Notes: generated by a model from the letters alone, not told the origin. Numbered from the stretch's first letter, positions 32,064-46,206 are shown. The stretch is 64,000 nt of DNA from Phyllobates terribilis (GCF_046119375.1 NW_027362773.1:135098001-135162000), one strand, 5' to 3'. Program-made: numbers and translations.

Positions 32064-33582
32064 CAGTGGGGAAAATAAGTATTTGATACACTGACGATTT
32101 TGCAAGTTTTCCCACCCACAAAGATTGGAGAGGTCAGTCATTTTTATCATAGGTAAACTTCAACTGTGAGAGACAGAATATTTTCAAAAAATCCAGAAAA
32201 TCACATTGTATGATTTTTACAAAACTAATTTGTATTTTATTGCATGAAATAAGTATTTTATACAATAGAAAAACAGAATTCAATATTTGGTACTGAAACC
32301 TTTGTTTGCAGTTACAGAAGCCAGATGTTTCCTGTTGTTCTTGACCAAGTTTGCACACACTGCAGCAGGAATTTTGGCCCATTGATCCATAAAGATCTTC
32401 TCCAGATATTTCAGGTTTCGGGGCTCTTACTGGGCAACATTGAGATTCAGCTTCCTCCAAAGATTTTCCATTGGGTTTAGGTCTGGAGATTGGCTAGGCC
32501 ACTCCAGGACCTTGAAATGCTTCCTATGGAGCCACTCCTTAATTACCCTGACTGTATGTTTTGGGTCATTGTCATGCTGGAAGATCCAGACACCACCCAT
32601 TTTCAATGCTCTTACTGAGGTAAGAAGGTTGCTGGCCAAAATCTTGTGATAAATGACCTCATCCATCCTCCCTTCAATACGGTACAGTCGTCATGTGCCC
32701 ATTGCAGAAAAGCACCCCCAAAGTATGACGTTTCCCCCATCATGCTTCACGGTTGGTTCAGTGTTCTTCGGGTGGTGCTCATTCTTCTTCTTCTTCCAAA
32801 TACGGCGAGTGGAGTTGATACCAAAAAATTCTATTTTTGTCTCATCTGACCACATGACCTTCTCCCATATCTCCTCTTGATCATCAAGATGGTCATTGGT
32901 GAAATTCAAAAGTGCCTGGACATGTGGTGGTGTGTGCACTGCAGGAATTTAATCCATGACAGCATAGTGTGGTACTAACAGTAATGTTTGAGACTGTGGT
33001 CCCAGATCTCTTCAGATCATTGACCACGTCTTCCCATGCAGTTCTGGGCTGATTCCTGACCTTTCTCAGAATCATTCAAAAAGGTGAGATTTTGAATGGA
33101 GCCCCATATCGAGGAAGATTGACAGTCATCTTGTCTTTCTTACATTTTCTAATAATTGTGCCACCAGTTGTTACCTTCTCATTAAGCTGCTTGCCTATTG
33201 TCCTGTAGCCAATCCCAGCCTTGTGCAGGTCTACAATTTTGTCCCTGGTGTCCTTAGACAGCTCAATAGTCTTGGCCATGGTGGAGAGATTAGAGTGATT
33301 GATTGAGTGTGTTGACAGGTGCAGATCAGGAGGGTTTTTTAATTTAAAACAAGGAGGTCTGTGAGAGCCAGAATTCTTGCTGGTTTGTAGGTGATCAAAT
33401 ACTTATTTCATGCAATAAAATGCAATTTAATTATTTAAAAAACTTAAAATTTGATTTTCTGATTTTTATTTTTAGATTCTGTTTCTCATAATTGAAGTGT
33501 ACCTATGATAAAAATGAAAGACCTCTCCATTCTTTGTAGGTGGGAAATCTTGCAAAATCGACAGATATTATTTTCCCCACTG
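32064..33582 (-). mobile_element. Tc1 transposon with long (about 200-bp) TIRs and frameshifted transposase
   Basis: TA|CAGTGGGGAAAA...TTTTCCCCACTG|TA. Peptides [49 protein letters not shown] (DD34E). Confidence 0.93.
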
Positions 33583-33683
33583 TATGTCGAAGAAAGCAGG
33601 ACATAGACGTTACAAACATCAGAATGTACAAACATCTTCTAAATTCTATTTTATTTGCTGTTTACATGAAGATTCATTCTTAC

Positions 33684-33824
33684 CACAAGTGCAAGTTTCA
33701 AATGAGGGGTCCAGTACCACGTATAGCTGCATTATGGGTGATAATTGGACCACCACCTGAAGACCAAAGTTGGTTGACTGCACAACAATGAAGAAGGCTG
33801 AAGGCTGAAACATGATGTATTTTT
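33684..33824 (-). CDS. Gel-forming mucin exon (VWD2)
   Basis: 141 nt, cag/gtaag, phase 1-1. Translates (E)KYIMFQPSAFFIVVQSTNFGLQVVVQLSPIMQLYVVLDPSFETCTC. Confidence 0.92.
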
Positions 33825-35691
33825 CTGAGACTAAATTCAGACAGACAAAAAAAAAATAATCATAGAAAATTAGTCACTTTTTGTTTAAAGCGAGACATTT
33901 TCTGCTGTATTTTTTAACTTAGTATTTCTAAAAACTGTGATATAAAATATGGGTTTACCTGACAATCTAATGTGAAAGTGAGTCCCGGACAATTTATCAA
34001 TCCAGCATATTGAATATTGGTCTGCTGATCATAGTGTCTCCCTGCAAAAAGCCACCGCCAGACATGGTGACAGCTCTGATAGAGAACACTGGAGTACTTG
34101 GCTGAACAAGTGCTCCCGTGTATGCAAGACAAGGCCAATATGGCTGCCAGCTGAATGAGCAGCTGACCAAATGTTTGGCTGACAGACATCTAATGTGTAT
34201 GGTGGCCTTAACACATTCTCATTAATTAAAGTAAGATCTGCCTTTAGAAGGCTGAACTCACACTTCTCATAAGATATATTGTATGTCAAAATTATTCCAA
34301 GGCTGACATTCATCCAAATGGAGGTAAAAAAAAGAATCCTTTTTGGCCTCCATTTGGTTTGCCTACTTTTTTCATGGAACCATATAAACAATTTAAGCCA
34401 CTGCATGGTTATACAGTTGCCTATTTTGGAGGCATCTGTTGGAGGTATATGTGGAGAGAAATAATTTTTATGGTACTATGTGTGGATTGCTGAGAAAAAA
34501 AATATTAGTATGTTAGACAATAGCCTCATGCCTAAAATTAAGACTAAATTCTGGTTCCATGTCAATTGAGATAAAACTCATTCACTTTGCTGGTACAGTA
34601 TAAGGATGGTACGTCGATTTTACTTAGCAGTAGGTAAGTCCGAACTGGCCATTGGGCAAGTTTGGCAAATGGCAAGTGGGCCGGTCTGGCTGATGGCAGC
34701 ATCGATTTCGACACTGTTAACAGTATCGGTGTCCTCAAGTGCATACTTTATTTTTTTAGTAGGAAAAGGGAAAAAGCCACTGTCAGACACCTCTATCAGT
34801 AGATCATCCCCTGCAAAGCCAGAAATATCTAACATTTAACATGTCCAGTTCTTTTTTCTCCACATATCTGCCACCCCCATATATATAAAACAGCCATACA
34901 TTCCTGCCAAAATTAGCCAGATACTTTAGGCCAACCTTTACTTTTTGTACATGGATCACTTTGATTTGGTTTCACACACAGGGGGGACATAATCATGAGG
35001 AAATTATTTGGGGTCAGTTTTTAAACTCATCATACTTTTTATCAATTATTTGTTGACAAAATTATTAAACAGGCACACCATGAATGTTAAATTTAGGGGT
35101 GTGAAAGGGCATGAAAAAAAAAACAGTAAAAAACAAGTTCATTCCTTAAAACGAAGTAAATAGAAATAATGGTAAATGATGTAAGGCTCTGGTCATATCA
35201 TGTCTGAGCCTATATCAAAAGTTAATCAGAAGGCTATTTTTTTAGGGGGTGAAGTAGAGTGGTAGTGTCTTTGCATAGAAAAGTACAGGTAATTCTGTTT
35301 ATTTTTCTACAAGTAAAAAAAAAATACAGAAATGCTTATTAGTCAAAATAATGCACTATTTGCCTTCTTTCAGTTACTGTGCCCTTTGGATATGTTTAAA
35401 GGGAATCTGTCAGCAGATTTTTGCTACTTCATCTGAGAACAGCGTAATGTAGGAAAAGAGACCCTAATTCCATTGATGTATCACTTAGTCTACTGGGTCC
35501 AATGGTTGTGATGCAATTAGAGTTTTTAAACGTAGTATGGAGCAGAGCTCAGAAAACGAAGCCCGCCCACACCACAGCTTTTAGTATGCATTGTCAATTA
35601 ACAGTGAGCTGCTTATCAGAGGAGGGAGACTGGTCAGACCACTTGGCATGAGGGAGCTAGTCTGGGTAATGATAATATCCTGGTGGTCAAA

Positions 35692-37446
35692 CAGGGGCAT
35701 ACATAGAAATCATGGGGCCCCATAGCAGAAGCTCTAATCCCCCCCCCCGCCCCAAATAAATAAATATTTGTCTGTGTCACAGAAGAGCAGATCTCACAAC
35801 TTTCCAGCCTTTACATAGTAATTTTCCTTCTGCTAAAGTCCTAGATCCCTCTTTCATTTCCCCATAAAGTATGATGCCAACAAAAGTGCCCCCCAAACAC
35901 AGTATGACACCCCCATGGTGCCTTCCTCCACATTAGCCTCCACATGCACAGTATAATGACCCTACAGTACCCCAATTCAACTCTCAAGGCAAAGTATACA
36001 TACAGTATAATGGCCTGCACTAGCCTTCCAAACAGTATAATGGCCCCCCACATAGCCCTCAAAATATTATAATGGCCCCACATAGCCTTCCATAGAGTAT
36101 AATACGCCACTGATAATCCTCCATATAGTATTATGCGCCCCCCATAATCCTTCATATAGTATAATGAACTTCCCATGGTCCTCCATAGAATATAATTCAC
36201 TCCCCACAGTCCTCCATACAGTATATTACACACCCCATAGGGTAAAATGCCGCCCCCATATAGTATAATGCACCCCACAGTCCTGCAGTATTATGGGCAC
36301 CACATACTCACTGATTTTTAAAATACTGTATATTTTAAATAAGCCGACCCGTGTACAAGCCGAGGCCCCTAATTTTACTACAAAAACCTGGAAAAACGTA
36401 TTGACTCGAGTGTAAGCATAGGGTGGGAAATGCAGCAGCTAATAGTAAATTTCCCAATCCTGGTAAGTATGGCACCCCTCATCCCCCAATCCTGGTATGT
36501 ATGGCACCCATCATCCCCCAATCCTGGTATGTGTGGTCTCCTCAATCCCCCAATCCTGGTATGTGTGGCCTCTTCAATCCCCCAATCCTGGTATGTGTGG
36601 CCTCCTCAATCCCCCAATCCTGTTATGTGTGGCTTCCTCAATCCCCCAATCCTGGTATGTGTGGCCTCCTCAATCCCCCAATCCTGGTATGTGTGGCCTC
36701 CCAAAACCCCCAATCCTGGTATGTGTGGCCTCCTCAATCCCCAAATCCTGGTATGTGTGGCCTCCTCAATCCCTCAATCCTGGTATGTGTGGACTCCTCA
36801 ATCCCCCAATTCTGGTATGTGTGGCCTCCTCAATCCCCCATTCCTGGTATATGTGGTCCCCTCAATCCCCCAATCTTGGTATGTGTGCCCCCCCCAAACC
36901 CCCAATCCTGGTATATATGGCCCCCTCATCCCCCAATCACTGCACACACAAAAAAAAATAAACACTACTCACCTTCCTTCCTCACCTCTCCTCCAGTGCT
37001 GCATCCTGTTTCCTGCAGCTCATGTCGGCATCTGAGCAACGCGCGCTCTCAGATCCCGAGGTGAGCTACTGCTGCCGGCATATTCACTCCTCTCCATGCC
37101 AGGACTATGGGCATGGAGAAGCGTGAATATGCATTTTCTTTAGTAGCAGGCACTGTCAGCAGGAGCTGCGACTCAGCGCTCCTCTGTGCCCACTACTAAA
37201 GAGAATGAATGTTCCCTCTTCTCCACGCCCATGGGAGTGGAGAAGAGGGAATATTCATGTTCCTTTAGCAGCGGGCACACGTGATGTGCTCCGCTCCGCC
37301 GCAACCTGCCTCCCCCCACCACTATCCACCAATACTCACCTATACAACTTGTCCCCACGCTGCTTGGGTCACCCCGCTGCTTGGGGCCCCTTGGCTCACG
37401 GGCCCCCCGTGGTCACAGGCCCCATAGCAGTGGTGGTACACCACTG
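35692..37446. mobile_element. hAT-type MITE nested in the T2 MITE
   Basis: CAGGGGCATAC...GGTACACCACTG ends; 8-bp TSD TGGTCAAA / TGATCAAA (7 of 8 match). Confidence 0.72.
36455..36935. repeat. 32-bp minisatellite, about 15 copies
   Basis: Unit CTCCTCAATCCCCCAATCCTGGTATGTGTGGC; overlapping ORFs repeat every 32 aa. Confidence 0.9.
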
Positions 37447-37713
37447 TGATCAAATATTCATTGTATGGAAACAACGGCACACTGCTTGATAAGTGCCACA
37501 TCCTTGAAGTCTGTGTCTCAGCCCTACTTAAGCCTATCCTCAGATTGCATAGCAAAAACCTGCTGAAAGATTCCCTTTAATGCCAATGCCAGGCGGTTCC
37601 TGGAGTATACAGCATATGTAGAGATTAAGTGAACAAAGCATTTTATTTGAACATGTGATTGGTTTGTCACTATCACAACCTATTCTCTATCATTGAAAGT
37701 ATCAGTCTTATAC

Positions 37714-37783
37714 CTGAATGTACAGGCAGCGTACTAATCATTCCATTCACAAAGACTTGGCCGGAATTTGCAATATCCAGTCT
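37714..37783 (-). CDS. Gel-forming mucin exon (VWD2)
   Basis: 70 nt, tag/gtata, phase 0-1. Translates RLDIANSGQVFVNGMISTLPVHS. Confidence 0.88.
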
Positions 37784-38409
37784 CTAAAAAAAAGAATACA
37801 AAATATATAAACTACTTCAAAGTACATTTTTATTGCTGTTGCTGCACAGCTTTTAGTGGAAAATGTAAATGTCAATTTTGTATTAAATAGATTATTGCAG
37901 ACAATTTTAGGTAAAATATAACTAGAATGTTTTTGAACATAACACAGACTGTTTAAAATGACTAATTGTTACAAAATTTTCTGCATATATTTCACATTTT
38001 CAATACGTATGCTAAAAAATTTGTTACAAAACATAGTTCTGTTAACTGTACAGTTATTAGCACCTACAGAATCAGGAGTATTACGATCAAAGTATCTACA
38101 AATATATAAAAAATTATTGAAATTATTATAATTATTATTTATTTCTATAGCAAATAGCACGTCAAGTTGTGCAGCAGCTGGTCTCCTCTCCTCCACTCTC
38201 TGGCCATAGGTAATTACCTAGTATGTGCACAATATTCAGTATAATCTGTTGAGATTTTTTTATTATTTTGTGATCCTTTCGGCATTGTGGGATGAGACTT
38301 GTAGATATTTTTATGGCTATTACAGTGTGCATTACAGATATTCTCTGGTCGCTGGTTCATATCTGCAGTTGTGTATAATTCATTGCACATTTATTGTATA
38401 TGTGCCTAT

Positions 38410-38565
38410 ATAATAATATTTTTTATTTCTATAGCGCCTGCATATTCCTCAGCACTTCACAATTTTAGAGGGGACATGTACAGACAAAAAAGACATTAAA
38501 GAATAACCCAAACTCAGATGCAAAAAGAAGTGAGGGCCCTGCTCGCAAGCTTACAATCTATGACA
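38410..38565 (-). mobile_element. 3' end fragment of an L2-type LINE or its SINE partner
   Basis: Similar to the 3' tail of the L2 fragment at 44631-44800 (TATAGCGC...GAGGGCCCTGCTCGCAAGCTTACA). Confidence 0.6.
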
Positions 38566-39224
38566 TGCATTTCCTACCCATGTATATGGACTTGTAACAG
38601 AGCCACTGCTGTGCTTTGCTGTTTCTTGCATTTCTGTCAATGTTATCTATTGATTTTACTACAAACAGTATTTTTGCTGTTTTTTGTATATATTTTGTTG
38701 ATTTCAATACATTTTGCTAGATACTCGGATCATAATACTCCTTCTTGTGACGCTGAAGGTGCTATTAATTCTTTTGAAGAGATCAGTGATTTATTATTTT
38801 GAGGGTTTCTATTTTATATAAATGTACAGTAATTAGTCTATGAGCGAAATTAAATAAGACCTGTGATTTTTACCCCAGCCTGGAATAAGATTCGCCTAAT
38901 TTATCCAGAGGTGAACATGCTCCAGAAAATCAAACCACAGGCGCAGAGTTACACTATAATTCAAACGAATTTTTATCATACATTAGAATAAATTTATTTC
39001 TTGGGCAGTGCATGACCCTGAATCCTTCTGCTAAGCTTGATCACTTTATATAAAATATATTTTCCACTGGTTGTAAAAAATGTTAAAAAAAAAGTGTTGC
39101 ATGATAGCAAACAGAGATTGTGGGGAACTGAGGCAGAAACTATATTTCTGTATACCGTATTTTTCGCTTTATAAGACGCACTTTTTTCCCCTCAAAGTGA
39201 AGTGGTGAAGTGAGCAGCCAGCGG

Positions 39225-39885
39225 GCTCTGCACCGGCGAGCTCTGTGATGCGGCCAGTGGGCTCTGCAGTGGCGAGCTCTGTGATGCGGCCGGTGGGCTC
39301 TGCAGCGGCGAGCTCTGTGGTGTGGCCGGTGGGCTCTGCAGTGGCGAGCTCTGTGATGTGGCCGGTGGGCTCTGCAGTGGCGAGCTCTGTGATGCGGGCG
39401 GCGGGCTCTGCAGCGGCGAGCTCTGTGGTGTGGCCGGTGGGCTCTGCAGCGGCGAGCTCTGTGATGCGGCCGGTGGGCTCTGCAGTGGCGAGCTCTGTGA
39501 TGCGGCCGGTGGGCTCTGCAGCGGCGAGCTCTGTGGTGTGGCCGGTGGGCTCTGCAGTGGCGAGCTCTGTGATGTGGCCGGTGGGCTCTGCAGTGGCGAG
39601 CTCTGTGATGCGGGCGGCGGGCTCTGCAGCGGCGAGCTCTGTGGTGTGGCCGGTGGGCTCTGCAGCGGCGAGCTCTGTGATGCGGCCAGTGGGCTCTGCA
39701 GTGGCGAGCTCTGTGATGCGGCCGGTGGGCTCTGCAGCGGCGAGCTCTGTGGTGTGGCCGGTGGGCTCTGCAGTGGCGAGCTCTGTGATGTGGCCGGTGG
39801 GCTCTGCAGTGGCGAGCTCTGTGATGTGGCCGGTGGGCTCTGCAGTGGCGAGCTCTGTGATGCGGGCGGCGGGCTCTGCTGCGGC
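39225..39885. repeat. 36-bp GC-rich minisatellite, about 18 copies, with a 6-unit higher-order repeat
   Basis: Unit TGCAGCGGCGAGCTCTGTGGTGTGGCCGGTGGGCTC; variant order ABCDEF-ABCDEF-ABCDDE. Confidence 0.92.
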
Positions 39886-42142
39886 CGGGCTGTTCATTAA
39901 CTTCATTATAGCAGCAGCACGCAAGCAAGCACAACGCCACTAAATCCTCCTCCCCCTATGAAGGCCCGGATGACGTCGGCTGCATTTAGTACTCCGCAGC
40001 AGCTGGGACCTTCAGAGAGAGAGGAGAGAGGACAGCGATTCTCCTTCCCCTCTGCAGGGCTGGATGCTGATTGGTGGAGGGACCTGTTGCTAATCAGCCT
40101 CCACTAGTGATGAGCGAGTACCGTAATATTCATAATCGCTATACTCATAACGAGTACTTTGTAATAATCGCGTATTCGTTCCGAATAGCGAGTACAATGC
40201 AAGTCAATGGGAAATGCGAGCAATTTTCTGCTGGACCCAACAAAGGGGTCTGGGGGCCTGAGGAAAAGGCTGAAATGGATGGGAAAGTGATGAAACAGAA
40301 TGGGAAGAGCCTGGAGAATATGCCTGCATGCATTTCTGACTCACATATGGTTTCTGGGAATAAGTTTGTCGCAGTATTACGCCACTTTTACAGACACACA
40401 AGAACAACTACCAAACCTAGCTTAAATTGCATTTAACAGGCCAAAAAGGTTAAAAAACTGTTTTTCCTGCACAATCACTTTTATACAAGGCTAAATAAAC
40501 CAGATAAACAAAAAAAATATCCCATTTAGCGCTTGTTCACGCATACTGTTGTGGCTTTTGTTCGCCTTTTACAATTGGGAGGGCCCTGACTTTCACATTA
40601 TGTAGGTCCCTCTGTCATACATCATTTTTAGTTCGCTATTCCCCAGCACTTTACAAGCACAGCTAGAACGTATTAGTAGTTATGTTGATCTTTGAGCTGA
40701 GAGGCCTCAGGTGGCTCTGTAACATGCGTTTTGGAGGGACAGCTGTTACTAAGACATTTGGGCGGTCCCTCAATCATTGACACTCAGATAGTGGAATACA
40801 TATTCAATAGCAGTTTACAATGTGCCCATTGTAGCGTTGGGCTTGACCCTCCTCCTCCTCCTCCTCCACCACCATGTGACACTGCGGCCCTAAATTCAAA
40901 TGTTCAGCGGGCCTGCGGTAGCTGACTTTTGTGAGAGCCCTCGTGTGGCCCTGTAACATACATTTTGAAGTGTCCTCCTCTAGAGATTTTGGAGGTCCCT
41001 CTTGTGTACAATACATTTGAGAGTGCCCTCACTTATTCATATTGTAGGGCCCTCACTCTATTATTTAACTCATTTAAGGGCAGAGACTACAGAGAAAAAG
41101 GAAAAGAGATATGAAGTACTACAAGGTAGCAGTAATTGCGGCCTGCGATCCGCAGGTATAGCTGAGCTCTGTGAACCGGAAAAATAAAGCTTCACTAGTC
41201 AACTGGATGACGAACTCAAATATATCACTTGTGCAAGTCAATGGACAAAGGATATATGGTGCCCCCCCTCCAGGATGGGTTGGAGAAGCTTCTCCAAATG
41301 GCTCAGAGATTTTGATTGTCAATATTCCCCAGATTATATAGGAAGAGATACTGTACTACTTGATCCAGTGCAGAATGTGCATCGTATTTTCAAAAATTAC
41401 TCCTGGGGGCTGTGTCATAGGTGAAGGAAGATTCCATGACAAGGGCCTCCCTTGACAAACATTATATACGATGGAGTACTGTAGTAGTTGTGGCCCTCAA
41501 TTCAAGTTTTCAGAGGGCCATCAGTCGGTCATCAACAGTCAGTGTAAATTTCTATTGAATATGTATCCCCTATCTCAGTCACAATTTGGCACAACCTGTG
41601 ACAAGAGCCTCCAATGACAAATATTACTTTGGTAGTACCACTGTACATTCCAGATTTGTCCACTTCACAATGTGCATAGTGTTTGTAAAAACTAGCCCTA
41701 TGGGCTGAGTGAAAGTTGACGCAGGAGGCCACCATCCCAAGGGCCTCCAATCACAAATAGTAGTTAGGCTGGAGTAGGAATACTGTCCTGGTTTGTCCAC
41801 TGCACAATGTGCATAGGGTTTGTAAAAATTAGCCCTATGGGCTGAGTCATGGTTGACTCACTATTTTGGCTGTGACAGCTAGCTTGGCTTGTGCCATCAA
41901 CATCTGATAATCTGTCAACAAAACCCAAAATGCCAAAATAGCCTGTTGTTAAGGGATGTGAACGCGAACATGGTGTTGTCAGTGGTGCGCGAGAAGGCAC
42001 TCAGTCTGTGTCAGGTCAGAAGAAGCTTGATGCATTCACTATGTTCCTGGAAAAATTTCCCAGTCTGGAACATAAATGTGTGTGGAAGCCAGAAGAGTGA
42101 GAGCAGATTCTGTCTTGGATAGAAGACAAGGCCTCTACGCAT

Positions 42143-45100
42143 TTGCCAAGCAGCAACAAATCTTCCATGACCACAGAGTCTACTGTGGATACACAGAAAG
42201 CTGGCCCATCCAATCCTGAAGCTGGTTCTCCTTCCTCCCGCCATTATCATTTACAGGAGACATATGACCCCAAGCTTGTCCACTCCGAGGATCTGTTTGG
42301 TACCTATCTTCTGGTTGGCTCTGGCCTATCACCGTGCAGCTTTGAAGAGGGACAAGAGGAGGTGGCATGCGTTGATGCTCAAGTATTTGAGGACATACGG
42401 CCAGAAGAAAGCCACTTGGAGGAACGTCATTTACTGTCTCCAGAGGTGGAGGCTGATGATGATGAGCCACAGTTGCCATCAGGTCAGCCTACAATGTCAA
42501 CTGGGAAGGAGGATGAGATGGAAGACGAGGTGGTCGATGATGAGTCCACAGATCCGACCTGGAACGTTGGCACGCATAGCCATGACAGCAACACAGAGGA
42601 AGATGGATATGTATCACCAACACAAGCACCAAGGGGTCGTGGTTTGCCCAGAGTGAGAACTGGGTCAACTGTTCTCAAGAGCATCCCCGCTGTGCGCCAA
42701 GTCAGGGCAAGGAGGCGTTCAGCTGCTGTGTGGAATTTTTTTTCTGAAAGTCCTTCAGAGAAAAACATTGTAGTCTGTAGCATCTGCCATACCAAGTTGA
42801 GCAGAGGCCAGGGCAAAGGCAACCTGAGCACCACCAGTATGCAAAACCACATGGCAGCCAAGCACCCCAGTAGGTGGGCGGAACACCAGGGTACCAAATC
42901 TGCATCTGCAGATCAAACCAATGGTATGTTGCCTGGGCTATGTCCTTCAGCATCTGCTGTTCACGTAGCAGGCACTCATACCTCCTGCTCACAAACTGCT
43001 GTTGCTCACACACAACAAACATTAATCACATCCACTTCCTTGTCCCAGCGAAGCGTCCAATTGTCCGTGCCTGAGAGCTTGGAAAGAAAGCGTAAATACC
43101 CAGCCACCCATAGGCACAAATACTAAACTCGCACATTGCCAAATTGCTAGCTCTGGAGAATTTGCCATTTAGGCTTGTGGGAACACAGTCTTTCCATGAT
43201 CTCTTGGCTGTGGCTGCTCCAGGATACAGTGTTCCCAGCTGCCACTATTTTGCCCGATGTGCCGTCCCTGCGTTATACAAGCACGTGTTAAGCAATCTGA
43301 ACCGTGCTCTCACCAAGGCCGCAACCGGGAAGGTCTACCTAACAACAGACACCTGAACAAGTTGTTGGGGACAGGGATGATATATTTCTGTCACGGCACA
43401 CTGAGTGAACCTGGTGGAGGGTGGGACAAAGGTGCAAACTGGAACATCAGACATCCTACCCACACCAAGAATAGCAGGCCCAACTTCTGTCAGGGTTTCC
43501 GCCTCTTCATATTCCACTTCCTCTTTCCCCTCCTCCTGGTCCTCATCCTTTGCTGAATTACCCTCCCCATCACTGCCAAGCTGGGACCTGTGCAGCAGCC
43601 CATCAGCAAAGCAGCAACATGCTCTGCTGAAGCTGATCTGTTTAGGTCAGAAAGCACACACTGCAGCAGAGCTTTTGCAAGCTTGAAAACAACAGATCGA
43701 TCAGTGGCTCTCCTCACTGCACCTCCAATCCGGTCTGGTCGTCTGCGATAATGGGCGTAATTTGGTGGCGTCTTTAAAGGTCGGCAAGCTGGTACACGTG
43801 CCATGCATGGCTCACGTGCTGAACCTAGTTATTCAGAAATTTCTGAAAACTTACTGTGACTTGCTGTACCTATTTGAGAAGGTATGCCATATTAGCGCCC
43901 ATTTCCACCATTCCTCTACTGCTTTTGCTGCTTTTACAGCACAGCAAAAGCGCTTGAATTTGCCATGCCACCGACTCATTTGGAACCTGCCAACGCGGTT
44001 GAACTCAACCTATCATATGGTGGCGAGGATTAGTGAACAGCAAAGGGCAGTAGCTGAATACTAGCTTAAACATGTCCGTCAGACTGAAAGTCAGCCACCA
44101 CACATAACAACTGTCGAGTGGGTGTGGATCGCTGACAGTTGTGAGGTTCTTAAGAACTTTGAGTACTGTACCAACCTCGTGAGCGATGATCAGGCTATTA
44201 TCAGCGTAACCATCCCACTGCTGTGTCTCTTGAAACAATCACAGCATAATCTCAAAGAAGAAGCTTTGAGTGCCCAGCATGTTGGTATGGAGCCAAATAT
44301 CCCAATGGGTGATACTACCCAGCCCAGCCAATATTCTGAGGCAACATTGGGTGATGAGGAGGAAGATGAGGAGGGAGAGGACTTGTTTTTCTGTGCTACC
44401 AAGGGGACTCGTAATGCTCCAGAGGGGACACCCAACCCAAGCTTCATGTCTGTCCAGCCTGGATGGGCTGGAGAGGAAGAGGTGGAGCAGGAGGAGGCGA
44501 GTCAGCATGAGGAGAAGATGGGTACTGTTTCTACTGTTGGGGACACAGAACATTTGCCTTTTTGCAGCTTGGCACAGTTCATGTGTAAGTGTATGTAGCA
44601 AGACCCTTGCATGATACACATTTTATCCAACAATAATAATAATAATAATTTTTATTTATATAGCGCAAACATATTCTGCAAAACTTTACAATTAAGCGAG
44701 GACATGTACATATAATAAATTCAATACAAGGTAATACAGTTTAAACAATTAGATTAGGAGTGAGGTCCCTGCTCGCAAGCTTACATTCTACAAGGAAATG
44801 GGTGGGCACAATAGGTGAAAAGTGCCTGTTATTTCAGGTCTGGTGATTATAATAAGTAGGCATTTTCATGTAAATCTGCATGATAAGGTCATTAGCCAGT
44901 ATGCTTAAGTACAATAATCAAGTATTGAGTGCAGTTATCGTGTGCATGGAGGGTGCGGAGACAGGTAAATAGTAGGGTGCAGATTCTGAATAATATTTAG
45001 AAGGAGGGAACAGGGGAAAGTTAGTTTACTGAGTAGTTGAGGTGGTAGGCTTGTTTAAAGAGATGGGTTTTTAAAGTGCGCTTGAAGACGTGGGGGCTAG

Positions 45101-46206
45101 GCATCAGTCGGATCATCTGGGGTAGAGCATTCCAGAAAATTGGTGCAGCATGAGAGAAGTCTTGGAGACGGAGGTGCGAGGTTCGGACTATGGGGGATGT
45201 TAGACTTAGGTCATTTGTAGAACAGAGGTCATGTGTAGGGCGATAGGCAGAGATGAGAGAGGAGAAATAAGGCGGTGCAGAACTGTGGAGAGCTTTGTGG
45301 GTGAGAGTGATGAGTTTATATTGGACCCTGTAGCGAATGGGCAACCAGTGTAATGACTGGCACAAGGTGGAGGCATCGGTGAAACGGCTGGACAGAAATA
45401 CGACCCTAGCTGCTGCATTCAGTATGGATTGGAGATGAGAAAGTTTGGTAAGAGGGAGATCGATCAGAAGAGAGTTGCAGTAGTCCAGACGAGAGTGAAT
45501 AAGAGCGACAGTAAGAATTTTAGCAGTTTCAAAGGTGAGTAAAGGTCGGATTCTTGAGATGTTTTTAAGATGCAGGTGACAAGAGCGACCTATAATGGTT
45601 GGCCACCTTTCTCGATCCACAGTACAAGGAGAAATTTCCTTCTCTCCTTTTGGAGTCACCATAGAGTTTTACAATGGAATTGTTCAAGAGAGCCATTGTA
45701 GATCAGTTGCTGAAAACATCACCCTCAGACAATGCTGGTGGCAGAGGTACCAGCTCTTTTCAACACCAAGGAATAATGGGGAGAGACACGAACACCAGAG
45801 GTGGGGGGAAATGTGCACAAATTGGGCAATTTTCAATAAACCAGCACAACAGCAAGGGCTATCTGTGCCTGTAACAATGCCAAGGAGGGATAAGTTGCAG
45901 AACATGGTCAAGGGGTACTTAAGTGACCATACGTGCGTCCTTTCTGACGCTTCAGTTCCCTTTAATTATTGTGTGTCTAAGCTGAACACTTGGCCCGACC
46001 TCTCCTTATATGCTTTGGAGGTTCTGGCCTGCCTGGCTGCTAGTGTGGTGTCAGAGCGTGTTTTCAGTCCAGCTGGGGCAATTATCACTGATAGGCGCAC
46101 ACGCCTCTCCACGGAAAATGCAGACAGACTTACTCTGATTAAATTCAACAAGGACTGGATATCTCCACAGTTTGTAATCCCTCCAGATAACAGCAAGCCA
46201 ACCTAA
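42143..46206 (+). pseudogene. hAT transposase pseudogene (BED finger, RNase H-like core, hATC domain)
   Basis: SAAVWNFF...CSIC...HMAAKH BED finger; YLTTDT and DNG catalytic regions; HVPCMAH CxxH motif; WPDLSLYALEVLACLAASVVSERVFS hATC. Several stops and frameshifts, and an L2 insertion. Confidence 0.9.
44631..45590 (-). mobile_element. 5'-truncated L2-type LINE (ORF2 C-terminus, 3' UTR, (ATT)n tail)
   Basis: Peptide LIHSRLDYCNSLL...LQSILNAAAR...LHWLPIRYRVQYK; (AAT)n on plus at about 44631-44648. It splits the hAT ORF between DPCMIHILSNN and WLATFLDP. Confidence 0.88.

Larger units (their letters stand above)
35400..37576. mobile_element. T2/Kolobok-type MITE with nested insertions
   Basis: TTAA|AGGGAATCTGTCAGCAG...CTGCTGAAAGATTCCCT|TTAA. 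Confidence 0.85.

Noticed and set aside
39140-39943. Four long repetitive ORFs (192-266 aa), one resembling a mucin PTS-like repeat
   Set aside because: They arise from a stop-free 36-bp minisatellite inside a TE; there are no splice signals linking them to the mucin exons, and the PTS region is not expected within D2.
41100-41420. Possible coding fragment in the hAT 5' region
   Set aside because: Stops in the frames examined and no motif I can assign.
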